Assembly: GCA_965226375.1 (NCBI GenBank)
Contig: CBDDCX010000006.1
Location: 288,001-352,000 of the forward strand
Length of the DNA stretch: 64,000 bases
Direction of reading: 5' to 3'
Source of the DNA: Longimicrobiales bacterium
GTDB lineage: Bacteria > Gemmatimonadota > Gemmatimonadetes > Longimicrobiales > Gaopeijiaceae
Shown piece by piece: positions 1 to 10,200 of the stretch; position 1 is the stretch's first letter; every line of letters starts with the position of its first letter. Made by a program: the position numbers and the translations under genes. The notes below the pieces were generated by a model. The model saw only the letters and a program-made list of their open reading frames with translations, was not told the DNA's origin and made no database searches.

Positions 1-373
1 GCTTGAGGCGAGCGGGTTCCTGGTGGCGGTGGACAGCTTGCAAGCTGATCTACCGGCCGGCTATGTGGTGGAGGTGCTCCCGGAGCCGGGGACCGAAGTG
101 GATCTTCCCATGGAGGTTCGCATTGCCGTGAGCACGGGCCCGCCCCTGGTGACCATGCCGCTGCTGCTGGGAATCGAGCAGGCCACGGCCGAAGCGATGC
201 TGGACTCATTGGGCTTCGTGGTGTCGGAGATACTCACCCGATTCCGCTTCGGTCGCGACCAGGGACGCGTTGTCGAGCAGGACCCGCAGCCGGACAGCCT
301 GCTTCCCCCGGGAAGCCCGGTCCGTCTGGTCGTTGGAAGGCGCTCGAATACGCGCAGAAATCGCAGGAACTAA
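1..373 (+). CDS. PASTA-domain protein, 5'-truncated by the window edge
   Basis: Repeats such as MPLLLG..QATAEAML..LGF and GRVVEQDPQPDSLLPPGSPVRLVV match the PASTA pattern; frame is open towards the window start. Confidence 0.8.
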   Translation, partial: LEASGFLVAVDSLQADLPAGYVVEVLPEPGTEVDLPMEVRIAVSTGPPLVTMPLLLGIEQATAEAMLDSLGFVVSEILTRFRFGRDQGRVVEQDPQPDSLLPPGSPVRLVVGRRSNTRRNRRN

Positions 374-393
374 TTAGATTTATTGCCGTAGCA

Positions 394-1002
394 GTGGACA
401 CACCTTCGGCTAGAAGTGACATGACCTCGGACGATACCCCAAAGCCGAGATACTCCCGCCTCCCTTATGCCTTCGCGCTCTTGGGCGTGGGTCTCGTGGT
501 GCTCACGGCGTGGATCAATCGAGATCGGCTCCAGCCGGTAATGCCGGGCACCCCCGCACCCGAGTTCGCGGTGCCCGATCTGGACGGTAACGTGGTGCGT
601 CTCAGCGACCATCGGGGCCAAGTGGTGATGGTTAGCATCTGGGCGACCTGGTGCGGCCCCTGCCGATACGAGATGCCCTCCATGGAGCGCCTCTACCAGG
701 AGCTGGCCGACGACGGGCTTGAGATCTTGGCCGTAAGCATCGACGCCGACCCCGGCGCGTTCGACCTGTTTGGACGCCCCGGGGGTGACATCCAGGAATT
801 CGCGGACTCACTGGGGCTGACTTTTCCGTTGCTCCACAACCCCTCCGGCGACATCCAACAGCTGTATCAGACCACGGGCGTGCCTGAGACGTTTCTGGTC
901 GGGAGGGACGGGATCATCTACAAGAAAGTGGCCGGGGGGACCGAGTGGGATGCGCCTGATCACCAGGAGCTGATCGAGCGGCTCTTGGCGGCCTCGGAGT
1001 GA
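394..1002 (+). CDS. TlpA/ResA-family membrane-anchored thiol-disulfide oxidoreductase (start may be ATG 421)
   Basis: N-terminal TM helix, WATWCGPC motif, GVPETFLV cis-Pro loop. Confidence 0.9.
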   Translation: MDTPSARSDMTSDDTPKPRYSRLPYAFALLGVGLVVLTAWINRDRLQPVMPGTPAPEFAVPDLDGNVVRLSDHRGQVVMVSIWATWCGPCRYEMPSMERLYQELADDGLEILAVSIDADPGAFDLFGRPGGDIQEFADSLGLTFPLLHNPSGDIQQLYQTTGVPETFLVGRDGIIYKKVAGGTEWDAPDHQELIERLLAASE

Positions 1003-1034
1003 CCCACCGACCCTCTCTGTCGATCGGATAGGCC

Positions 1035-2006
1035 GTGAGATCCCGTTCCTACGGAGGATCGCTCGCCAGCAACTGGCGGCTCAAGCTCTCGGCCTTCTTT
1101 CTGGCGGTCTTCCTCTGGGCTCTGGTTCGGGTGGGATCGCCTGATCAGCGGGCCGTCTCTATTCCGGTCACCGTCAGCTTGAACGATCCCGACTGGATTC
1201 TCATGGACGACCCCGTGCCGGCTACCGTAGAGGTACGATTCAGCGGTCCGCCGACCGAAGTCTTCCGCCTCACCGCCATCGACGGGGTTTCCATTACGGT
1301 GCCCGTCACCGAGGTCGCCGGTGAGGAAATGGTGATTGCCCTGCAAGACGCGTGGATCCCTGTGGACGGTTACCCGGGCGTCATCGTCGAAGATATTCTT
1401 CCGAGCACCGTCCACGTGCACCTCGATCACGTGGAGACGGCCTCGATTCCGGTGCGAATCACCACACGGGGGAGCCTGCCGGAGCACCTGGCCTTGATCC
1501 GGTCCCTATCCGTGACGCCCAGTGCGGTACGCGTCAGCGGGCCGGCCAGTCTGGTACAGCAACTGGACTCGCTGGACATCGTGCCCGTGGATCTGGGTGA
1601 GGTGGACGAGCGCGGTGCCGTCCAGACCACGGTCGACACTGTGGGGCTGGCCCGCATCACCGTGATCCCTTCGGAGATCACCGTGAGAATCCCCGTTGAG
1701 GAGTCCATCGACAGGGTGCTGGCGTCCATGCCCGTGTTGGCCGACGTCGGGGGTGAGTTGGAGGAAGAGAGTGGTACTCTGGAGATTCTCCCGGCGACGA
1801 TTCAGCTCACGCTTCGCGGCGCGCGGACCCAGGTAGCGAACTTGGATCCGCGTCGCTTGCGCGTGGTGGTACCGTCCGCCGAGCTACTGGGCCTGGGGGT
1901 GTCCGAAGAGCGTAGAGTGCCGATCGTGGTGGAAGGGCTTCCCAGCTACATGTCCGTTTCGCCTGATGTGGACACCGTGGTGGTGCGCCGGCAAACGGAG
2001 CCATGA
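1035..2006 (+). CDS. YbbR/CdaR-like protein
   Basis: NWRLKLSAFFLAVFLW anchor and repeated P..V.V.GP motifs typical of YbbR domains. Confidence 0.8.
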   Translation: MRSRSYGGSLASNWRLKLSAFFLAVFLWALVRVGSPDQRAVSIPVTVSLNDPDWILMDDPVPATVEVRFSGPPTEVFRLTAIDGVSITVPVTEVAGEEMVIALQDAWIPVDGYPGVIVEDILPSTVHVHLDHVETASIPVRITTRGSLPEHLALIRSLSVTPSAVRVSGPASLVQQLDSLDIVPVDLGEVDERGAVQTTVDTVGLARITVIPSEITVRIPVEESIDRVLASMPVLADVGGELEEESGTLEILPATIQLTLRGARTQVANLDPRRLRVVVPSAELLGLGVSEERRVPIVVEGLPSYMSVSPDVDTVVVRRQTEP

Positions 2007-3055
2007 GCGGGCCGCTCATCCTGGGCCTCGAGACGAGCTGTGATGAGACTGCGGCGGCCCTGCTCGAGGCGCCCACCAACGTCCGCGGCCACGTAATCCT
2101 GTCTCAGGACGAACACGCACTATACGGTGGAGTGGTCCCGGAGATCGCTGCCCGGGCCCACCTTCAGCGGATCGATGATGTGGTGGAGTGCACTCTCCGT
2201 GAGGCAGGGTGTGTGTTCGCGGACCTGGACGCCGTGGCGGTTACGGCTGGACCCGGCCTTGTCGGAGCGCTGCTGGTGGGGGTGTCCTGGGCCAAGGCGC
2301 TCGCGTTCGGGCTCGGCAAGCCCATGGTCGCCGTCCACCACATGGAGGCCCACCTCTTCGCGCCGTCGCTCGAAGATTCCGCCGCGGAACCACCGTTCGT
2401 GGCGCTCCTGGTTTCGGGCGGCCACACCATGCTGCTCCACGCGCCGGCCTGGGGTGAGTACCACCTCCTGGGCGAGACCCGAGACGATGCTGCGGGCGAG
2501 GCATTCGACAAAGTCGCCAAGGTGCTCGGGCTTCCATATCCGGGGGGGCCAGCCATCCAGGCCCTCGCCTCGGAAGGGGATGAGGCCCGCTACCGGCTCC
2601 CACGCCCCATGCTGCGCACGAACCAGCAGCCCGGCGATGCCGACTTCTACGACTTTTCCTTCAGTGGGCTCAAGACCGCGGTGGCGACGCTCGTCTCGGA
2701 GCTCGACAGCTTGGGTACTCTGCCCGATGAACGGAAGCACGTTGCGGCTTCCTTCCAGGCGGCCGTGGTGGAGGTGCTGGCGAGCAAGACACTCCGGGCC
2801 ACCGAGGAGACCGGGTGCTCACGGGTGCTTCTGGGGGGTGGCGTGTCGGCTAATATTCGCTTGCGAGACGAGTTGGGCCGACGGCTCGATTCCCAAGGGA
2901 CCTTGTTCCACGCCTCGCCTCGACTTTCGCTGGACAACGGGGCCATGGTGGCCCGGGCCGGTGCCTACCGATTGGAGCGCGGAGACGTTGCGCCCCTTGA
3001 TGCGTCCGCGGACCCGAACCTCCCGTTTCCCGGGTTGGTACGAGCCTCGGCATGA
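2003..3055 (+). CDS. tsaD: tRNA N6-adenosine threonylcarbamoyltransferase
   Basis: ILGLETSCDET, GGVVPEIAARAH, HHMEAH, LLVSGGHT, DDAAGEAFDK, FSFSGLKT and DNGAM motifs. Confidence 0.97.
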   Translation: MSGPLILGLETSCDETAAALLEAPTNVRGHVILSQDEHALYGGVVPEIAARAHLQRIDDVVECTLREAGCVFADLDAVAVTAGPGLVGALLVGVSWAKALAFGLGKPMVAVHHMEAHLFAPSLEDSAAEPPFVALLVSGGHTMLLHAPAWGEYHLLGETRDDAAGEAFDKVAKVLGLPYPGGPAIQALASEGDEARYRLPRPMLRTNQQPGDADFYDFSFSGLKTAVATLVSELDSLGTLPDERKHVAASFQAAVVEVLASKTLRATEETGCSRVLLGGGVSANIRLRDELGRRLDSQGTLFHASPRLSLDNGAMVARAGAYRLERGDVAPLDASADPNLPFPGLVRASA

Positions 3056-3068
3056 GAGGACCCTGAGC

Positions 3069-3926
3069 GTGTACCCCATTTTCTTCCGTCTTCCCGAGTG
3101 GTTTCCTTTCATGGGCGGTGAGCCCATCACCTCGTTCGGGGTGTTCATGTTCCTTTCCTTTCTCACCGCCGGCGTGTTGCTACGTCCGGAGATGGAGCGG
3201 GCGGGGGAGGATCCCGAGGTGGCTTGGGACCTGCTGTTCATGGCGGTCCTGGGGGGCATCATCGGGGCCAAGATCTACTATGTGCTCTTGAACTACCCAC
3301 GGCTTTTCGAGGACCCGGCGCGAGCCATCTTCTCCCGCGGCGGGATGGTCTGGTATGGCGGCTTCGGTGGTGCCGTGGCGCTCATCATCTGGGAGATCAA
3401 GCGGAAGAAGCTGCCGCTCGGTAAGATGGCCGATGTCATCGCCCCCACCTTGGCCATCGGGTACGCGGTCGGCCGCATGGGCTGCTTTCTGGTGGGGGAC
3501 GACTATGGCCGACCCACGGCTTCATGGGTAGGCATCCGCTTCCCGCAGGGAACGCCGCCGACCCGAGTAGACGTGCTCCAGAACCAGTTCGGAATCCAGG
3601 TGGATCCCGCCCTCGTCGAACAGTTCGGTCAGGTCGTGCCGGTACACCCCACCCAGCTGTACGAGATCGCCATGGTCAGCCTGATCTTCGTGATCCTCTG
3701 GCGACTACGGATTCATGAACACGGATCAGGATGGCTCTGGTGGATCTGCCTGGCCATGCTGAGCTTCGAGCGCTTCCTGGTCGAGTTCGTGAGGGTCAAG
3801 GATGATCGATTCCTGGGACCGTTCACCATCGCACAGCTCATCGCCATGTCGCTGATCGTCCTCAGCGTGTGGGGAGTGAGTCGTGCGGTCGCTGCCGGAC
3901 GGAAACCGGCGGAGGCGCCGGCCTGA
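3069..3926 (+). CDS. lgt: Prolipoprotein diacylglyceryl transferase
   Basis: GTG start after GAGAGGA; GGMVWYGG, GRMGCFL.GDDYG, HPTQLYE and RFLVEFVR motifs (3' part of ORF 2127..3926). Confidence 0.93.
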   Translation: MYPIFFRLPEWFPFMGGEPITSFGVFMFLSFLTAGVLLRPEMERAGEDPEVAWDLLFMAVLGGIIGAKIYYVLLNYPRLFEDPARAIFSRGGMVWYGGFGGAVALIIWEIKRKKLPLGKMADVIAPTLAIGYAVGRMGCFLVGDDYGRPTASWVGIRFPQGTPPTRVDVLQNQFGIQVDPALVEQFGQVVPVHPTQLYEIAMVSLIFVILWRLRIHEHGSGWLWWICLAMLSFERFLVEFVRVKDDRFLGPFTIAQLIAMSLIVLSVWGVSRAVAAGRKPAEAPA

Positions 3927-3971
3927 GCGGCGGAGGCGTCGGCTTGACCCACCTGCCGAGCTGAGGTCGGG

Positions 3972-4763
3972 ATGCTCACGATCCTACAGGGCTCGGACGT
4001 TCACTTCGGAAAACCGCATCTGCCGCGCGTCGCGGTCGCGTTCCACGAGCTGGCGCGCCAGGCCGAGCCCGACGTCATCGTCCTGGCAGGGGACTTTACG
4101 CAACGAGCCAAGGTCCGGGAGTACCGGCAGGCCCGCGAGTCCATCGATGCGCTGCCGGACGTGCCGGTGATCGTGACACCGGGGAATCACGACATTCCCC
4201 TCTACCGGTTGCACGAACGCCTGTTCGCTCCGCTGCGCAACTACCGGACGCACATCTCGTCCGATCTGGACAGTGTAACCCGAGTGAAAGGAGCGGTTTT
4301 TGTGGCTTTGTGCTCGGCCGAGCCGTACCGGGCCGTCGTCAATGGGCGGCTCGGGGGCGAGCAGCTCGCGTTTGCGGCACGTATCTTCCAGGAGTGTTCC
4401 CCGGAGGACTTATGCATCCTGGTGACGCACCATCCGCTGGTTCGCCCACCGGATGGTGGGTCGGACCACATTCTCCCGGGAAGTGGAGTGCTGCTTGACC
4501 GTTTCCGGGAGATGGGGGTCGAGTTGATCCTGGCAGGGCACCTTCATCGAGGCTATGTCGTAAAATCGTCCGGCGGAGACATCGTCCATGTCCACAGCGG
4601 CACGGCGATGTCGAACCGCGGCCGCATGGCCGAAAAGGGGAGAAACAGCTTGAACGTGCTGGAGATCGGGGTCCATGAGATCGTGGTGACCCCGCACTGG
4701 TTCGAGGAAGACCAGGATCGATTTGTGGCCCGTCCTCCCACCAAAATTGTGAGGATCTCTTGA
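3972..4763 (+). CDS. Calcineurin-like metallophosphoesterase
   Basis: SDVHFG, AGDFT, PGNHD, THHP and AGHLH motifs. Confidence 0.9.
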   Translation: MLTILQGSDVHFGKPHLPRVAVAFHELARQAEPDVIVLAGDFTQRAKVREYRQARESIDALPDVPVIVTPGNHDIPLYRLHERLFAPLRNYRTHISSDLDSVTRVKGAVFVALCSAEPYRAVVNGRLGGEQLAFAARIFQECSPEDLCILVTHHPLVRPPDGGSDHILPGSGVLLDRFREMGVELILAGHLHRGYVVKSSGGDIVHVHSGTAMSNRGRMAEKGRNSLNVLEIGVHEIVVTPHWFEEDQDRFVARPPTKIVRIS

Positions 4764-4948
4764 GCCGATTCTATCTTCGCCGAGATCCCGGGCCACACGA
4801 GAACCTCGGTGCGGTTGCGGTTGCCTTCAGCGTGGGGGCCGTTGTGTTCTACTTCGTGCGCATGATCCTGGCACGAGAGGGTCTCGAACGGGAGGCTCCG
4901 AAGCGGCTTTCCAAGACCGGATTCGACGTGGCGGACTCGGACAGATAG
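4760..4948 (+). CDS. Small single-TM hypothetical protein
   Basis: Fills the gap in the operon with a 4-nt overlap on the upstream gene; one hydrophobic segment. Confidence 0.55.
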   Translation: MSRFYLRRDPGPHENLGAVAVAFSVGAVVFYFVRMILAREGLEREAPKRLSKTGFDVADSDR

Positions 4949-4956
4949 GCCCCGAC

Positions 4957-7215
4957 GTGCGCGCCGCCACCCTTTCCGTGCTCCTGATCCTGGTGGCCCC
5001 CGCGGGAGCGTTTTCGGGCATGGGTGCGCTGATGGCCCAGAACTCTGCGGTAGAACTCAGCCACATCGAGTTTCGTGGCAATCTGGCGTTCCCCGAGGAC
5101 TCCCTGTCGAGAGCCATCTTCAACCGTGAAACGCGGTGCCGGTCGTTTGTTCTGGCTCCCTTCTGCATTTTCGGAGCTGGATTCAGCATCGATGATCAAA
5201 CGCTCAACCCGCGTGAGCTTCCGAGAGATATTCTCCGGCTGCGGACGTACTACAGCAGTCGCGGCTTCAAAGAGGCACAGGTCGACACGGTGGTTACCAG
5301 ACCGGTCGACGATGGGGTGTCGATCCTCTTCCAAATAGATGAGGGGCGCCCGGTGCGGGTGGCCACCCTCGAGGTCCTGGGGATCGACGGACTCGAGGAG
5401 CTGGACCTGGCCGTCGATCTGCCGATCCAGGAGGGTGACCTTCTCAGCTCCATCGACCTCGATGCGGCGCGTGATACGTTGATCCAGCGCCTTCAGAACC
5501 GGGGATATCCCCGTGCCGACGTGATGCGCACGTCGCTGGTCCCGGCCGACACCCCCTACCAGGCTCGTGTGACCTTCGAGGTGGATGCGGGCCCCCACGC
5601 CGTATTTGGCCCGGTCACGCTCGTCGGGAACGACAAACTGTCCGATGGCGTCGTGCGGCGTATGCTGCCCTTCCGGGAAGGACAGGAGTATTCGCAAGCC
5701 CGCAGGCTAGAGGCCCAGCGCAACCTCTACTCCATCGAGATGGTCCAGCACGCCGCCATAGACGAGGCCCTGGATCCGGCTGGTTCGCTGCCAGATTCGG
5801 TCGTACCGCTCCAGGTCACGGTGACTGAGGGTACCGTGCACCGGGTGCGCACGGGCACGGGGTGGAGCACGTCGGACTGTGTGAACGCCGAGGGCCGATG
5901 GACCAGCCGGAACTTCTTCGGCGGAGCGCGGCGCCTCCAGCTTCGGGCACGCTTGTCCAACCTCATGGCCGAGCAGCTTCACGACGAGATCTGCCAGCAG
6001 GCAGGGGTGGGGGAGTTCGGGGGCGTCAATTGGCTGGTGTCGGCAGACTTCAGCCAACCGTGGATCTTCAACCAGCGCTTTGCGCTCGGCGTGAGCCTGT
6101 TCAACGAGCGCCAGAGCCTTCAGGACGTGTATGTGCGGCAGGCCGTGGGTGTCGATCTCTCCTTGTCGCGCACGGTGGGCCCATACACGTCGATCAGCTT
6201 CGCCTATCGGCCCCAACTCACGCAGCTGGAAGCGGCTGAGGTGTTTTTCTGCACAACATTCCTGGTCTGCACGCCCGAGGACATCTCGGCTCTTCAGGAT
6301 CCGAACTGGCTGGCACCTTTGGCCTTCAACTTCGTGCGTGACCGCGCCAACAGTCTCCTGAACCCGACCCGGGGCTATCAGGTGCTCTTCAACGTGGAGC
6401 ACGCCTCCGCCATTACCGGATCCAACTTTCACTACAACCGACTTTTCGGTGGGGTGACGAGGTACATGGAATTGGGCCGTGGCCAGGTGCTCGCAGCCCG
6501 AGTTCAGGGAGGGTGGATCGGGGCCGGTTCGTTCGCCCTGTTTGGTGGTGGAGTCGACATCATTCACCCGCAGAAGCGGTTCTACTCCGGCGGCGCGAAC
6601 AGCGTGCGGGGTTTCGCCCAAAACCAACAGGGGCCCCGGGTGCTCACCGTGGACGTGACGCCCTTACTCTCCGATGTGTCCGAGACCGTCGGACCATCGT
6701 GCGTGCCTGCAGAGGTCATGGACCTGACCTGCGACGCGAACCCCTTGGACGACCCGGCGTTCGGTACGCCACGCCCCACCGGGGGCCGGGTGTTGTTGGA
6801 GGGCGGCCTCGAGTACCGTGTGCCGATGGGCCCGCGTGTGGAGGCCGCCGTCTTCGCCGACTTTGGCCGGGTTTGGGCCGAGGAGGAGTCGGCTGACGCG
6901 AGTAGCTTCGAGGTGGCGCCGGGCTTCGGCATCCGCTACTTGAGCCCCATTGGGCCTATCCGCGTCGATGTCGGCTACCGCTTCCGTGGGATCGAAGATC
7001 TTCGGGTCGTCACCTCTCAGATCCGCCCCTTCGACCCGACCATGGATAGCGATGAGGACAAGATCATCCGGTTCGTGAACGGTGCGCCAGAGAGGCTCGA
7101 TTTCGTGCTCGTGGACGATTTGGCGGTGTTGGGACCCGAGGTAGCGTATGGCCCCGACCCCGGCTTCTCCTTGAGCCGTTTTCAACTCCACCTGAGCATC
7201 GGCCAGGCGTTCTGA
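4957..7215 (+). CDS. Omp85 (BamA/TamA) family outer-membrane protein
   Basis: POTRA-like segments (IEFRGN, YYSSRGF, LQNRGY), RFYSGGANSVRGF, G.GIRYLSPIGPIRVD, C-terminal HLSIGQAF. Confidence 0.92.
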   Translation: MRAATLSVLLILVAPAGAFSGMGALMAQNSAVELSHIEFRGNLAFPEDSLSRAIFNRETRCRSFVLAPFCIFGAGFSIDDQTLNPRELPRDILRLRTYYSSRGFKEAQVDTVVTRPVDDGVSILFQIDEGRPVRVATLEVLGIDGLEELDLAVDLPIQEGDLLSSIDLDAARDTLIQRLQNRGYPRADVMRTSLVPADTPYQARVTFEVDAGPHAVFGPVTLVGNDKLSDGVVRRMLPFREGQEYSQARRLEAQRNLYSIEMVQHAAIDEALDPAGSLPDSVVPLQVTVTEGTVHRVRTGTGWSTSDCVNAEGRWTSRNFFGGARRLQLRARLSNLMAEQLHDEICQQAGVGEFGGVNWLVSADFSQPWIFNQRFALGVSLFNERQSLQDVYVRQAVGVDLSLSRTVGPYTSISFAYRPQLTQLEAAEVFFCTTFLVCTPEDISALQDPNWLAPLAFNFVRDRANSLLNPTRGYQVLFNVEHASAITGSNFHYNRLFGGVTRYMELGRGQVLAARVQGGWIGAGSFALFGGGVDIIHPQKRFYSGGANSVRGFAQNQQGPRVLTVDVTPLLSDVSETVGPSCVPAEVMDLTCDANPLDDPAFGTPRPTGGRVLLEGGLEYRVPMGPRVEAAVFADFGRVWAEEESADASSFEVAPGFGIRYLSPIGPIRVDVGYRFRGIEDLRVVTSQIRPFDPTMDSDEDKIIRFVNGAPERLDFVLVDDLAVLGPEVAYGPDPGFSLSRFQLHLSIGQAF

Positions 7216-7216
7216 G

Positions 7217-10200
7217 ATGGGACGCGCCAAGAAATCCGTGAGGCTCGGCGCCATCATCGGGTTGGCCCTGGGGGCCGGCGCGATGTCTGCGTTCTTCTTG
7301 TTGACGCGCACCACGGTCGGCCAGGCGTTCGTGCTCGAGGCCGCGCTCAGTCGGGTTGAGCGTGTGGTGAACGGCGAGATTCTCGTGTCTGGGATTCGTT
7401 CGACGGGTCTTCACAGAGGGGCCAGACTGGTGGGGGTGCAGGTCAACGCCCCCGACGGTAGCCCGCTGCTCCTGGCCGACTCGTTGGAGGCGGAATACTC
7501 GGTGGGCAGTATGCTGCGGGGGGACGTACTTCTCTCCGGCGTCACGCTATGGCGGCCGAGGTTCACGATCACCCGTCCGCGGCGTGGAGCCCCCTTCAAC
7601 GTGTCCGCCTTCCTCAGTGGCAGAGGGGATGGGAGCGATGGACTGGAACCCGACGAGGGGTCGACCGCCGAACCGCCCGACGGAGAAGAGGACCAGAAAA
7701 ATGGCCGCCGGCTGGTGCTGGAAGACGTGACCATTCACGGAGGCAGCCTAGACGTCCGTTATCCCATCGCCGAGGCACCCGGGCCCGATTCACGCATAGT
7801 CACCGTGCCCCACCCCGACGGGGACGGACTCATGCGTAGTTTCAGCTTCGATGGGATCGACGCGCATCTGGACCGGCTCGCCATTGTCGACCCCGACGTG
7901 GAGGGCCTCCGTGTGGATGTGGGTGGTCTTGCCTTGGAAGGCGAGGTCTTTCGAGACCCCGTCCTGGTCCGGGACTTTGGTGGTCGGGTGGAGTGGCTCG
8001 ATGATCGCATCCAGGTCACTGCGGAGCGCCTCAGGCTCCCGGGGACGGAGGCCAGTGGTCTTGCCACCGTCGATCTCATCGAGGGATCGGCGCCCGAGCT
8101 GACGCTGGACTTTGTCGCTTCCCGGCTCGATCTGGTCGATCTCCAGTGGCTACTGCCAGCCCTCCCAGACGCGCAGGGCAGCGCGGGCATCGGGGTCAGC
8201 CTCGGGCCAGAGGGGCTCCGGGTCCGCTGGTCCGGCGCCCGACTCGCCGTCGAGGGCGGCGAGTTGGGCGGCGCCGGGGTGTTCAACCGGCCAAGGGGTG
8301 GGGAGGCGTCACTGGAGGGTGTATCGGTGGACGTGACGGCGATCCCGGTCTCTTTCCTGGCCGAGTATCTTCCTTGGGCGCCTCCGCTGGAAGGGAAGAT
8401 CCACGGGTACGTGGGACTTTCGGGCGGGATGAACGCTCTCGCGGTGACGGCCCGAATCGCCCTGTTGGAGCCTGGGCTGGGGCCCTCGGGTGGCGAGATC
8501 AACGGCGTGCTGCACTTGCGGCAGCCCATGGGCGCCACGGATCTGCATGCTCGATTCACGCCGGTCGATCTCGGCCTTGCGAATCGCTTTGCCGACGGAC
8601 TGCGCCTTGCGGGTGCCATGAGCCTGGACGTCACGGCAGACGGTCGACTGGACGAAGGGGTACGGATCGCGCTGGACGCTACCTATCCCGATCCCGAGTC
8701 CGAGGAGTCACACATCGCGGTAGAGGGAAGCCTGACGGAAGTGGAGGGCGAAGTATTCGTGTCCCTGGACGGTGACCTCGAGCCGCTCTCCATCGCCGGC
8801 CTCTTCGGAGACGAGTCGCCCCTATCCCGGCTCGGCGTGGCACGGGGGACTGTCCGTGCCGAGGGCGCGCTGTCGGCCATGGTGCTGAGCACCGAGCTGA
8901 CCACCGGCGGAGGTGAGCTCACCCTGGAGAGTCACTTCGACGCACGGTCACCGCTGACCTCGTACCGGGTTCTTGGAGAGGCGCGGGGCTTCGACATGCC
9001 CCAGGTGCTCCCCACGCTCCCGGAGGGCACGATCTTCTCCGGTTCGCTGGATCTTCGTGGAGAGGGAGGTGATCTGCGCACGGCGGAGTTGACGGGTGAC
9101 GTGCAGCTGACCCGCTCTCGTTTTGCCCGACTGGACGTGGACACGGCGTCGATTCAGCTTCGCATCTCCGGAGGTGTCCTCACCGTGGACACGCTCCAAA
9201 GTGTCGTGGGCGGGGTGACGGTGGAGGGCGCGGGACGGCTCGCCACCACGGGTACCGGATCCGGCGATGAGCTGCGCGTTCGCTTCGAGACGGAGAACAT
9301 GGAAGGGCTACGGCCCCTGCTTCTCGGGCGCGACGTCATCGCCCGGGATACTCTCTCGGCCTTGGAGCTCAGCATCCTCGCCCTGGAGGACATCGATCCC
9401 GACACGCTGCCCACGTTGGAGGAGATCTTCGTTTCGGGGCGTATGGACGGAGAGCTGACCATTGGAGGATCCCTGGAAGAGCTCGATGTCACGGGACGGG
9501 CTCGCCTGGAAGACGGTCTCTACGGAGGCGACCGTGTGGGAGAGGCTGCCGTTCAGTTCTCCGCCTTCAGCCTCTTCTCTCCGGAGCGGGACGTCGAGGC
9601 ACAGATTGACGGGGACGACATCCGCATCCTCGGCCGGGTCTTCGACTCGGTCTCTGTCCGCCTGGAGTACCAGGAGCCCCGGGGCCGCGTGAACCTGTTG
9701 GTTGTGAGGTCGGAGGAGGAGAGCTATCAAGCGGCGCTGGCGTTGGAACGGGAAGATTCCGTACGGACCCTGCATCTCGACGAACTGGTCCTGCGCTTTG
9801 CCGACGAGCGCTGGAACTTGGGGGGGCCGGCCACCATCGCGTGGGATCCGGCCGGACTGACCGTCCGGGACCTGCGTGTGATCCGCCCGGGGGTTGGCGG
9901 CATGCGCTTCCGGGCCCGAGGACGTCTGCCGTTCGAGGGCGACGCCGACTTCGACCTGAGCGTTCAGGGTCTCGATGTCAGCCGTATCGCACGCGTGCTT
10001 CAGCTGAGCGAGCGCCTGGAAGGAGTGGTGGACCTGGAGCTCGAAGTGACCGGAAGTGACACCGAGCCGATCATGTCGGGAACGCTCTCCACGGCGGATT
10101 TCCGTTTCAGAGCGTATGACTTCGAGCGCCTCGTGGGGGCTTGGGACTATCAAGATCGGATCGCCACCGGCGAGCTCGAGCTCTGGAGGGACACGGTGCA

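Noticed and set aside
2127..3068. Apparent 599-aa Lgt with a long N-terminal extension
   Set aside because: The extension is a shadow frame over tsaD; the real start is most likely GTG 3069, which has an RBS
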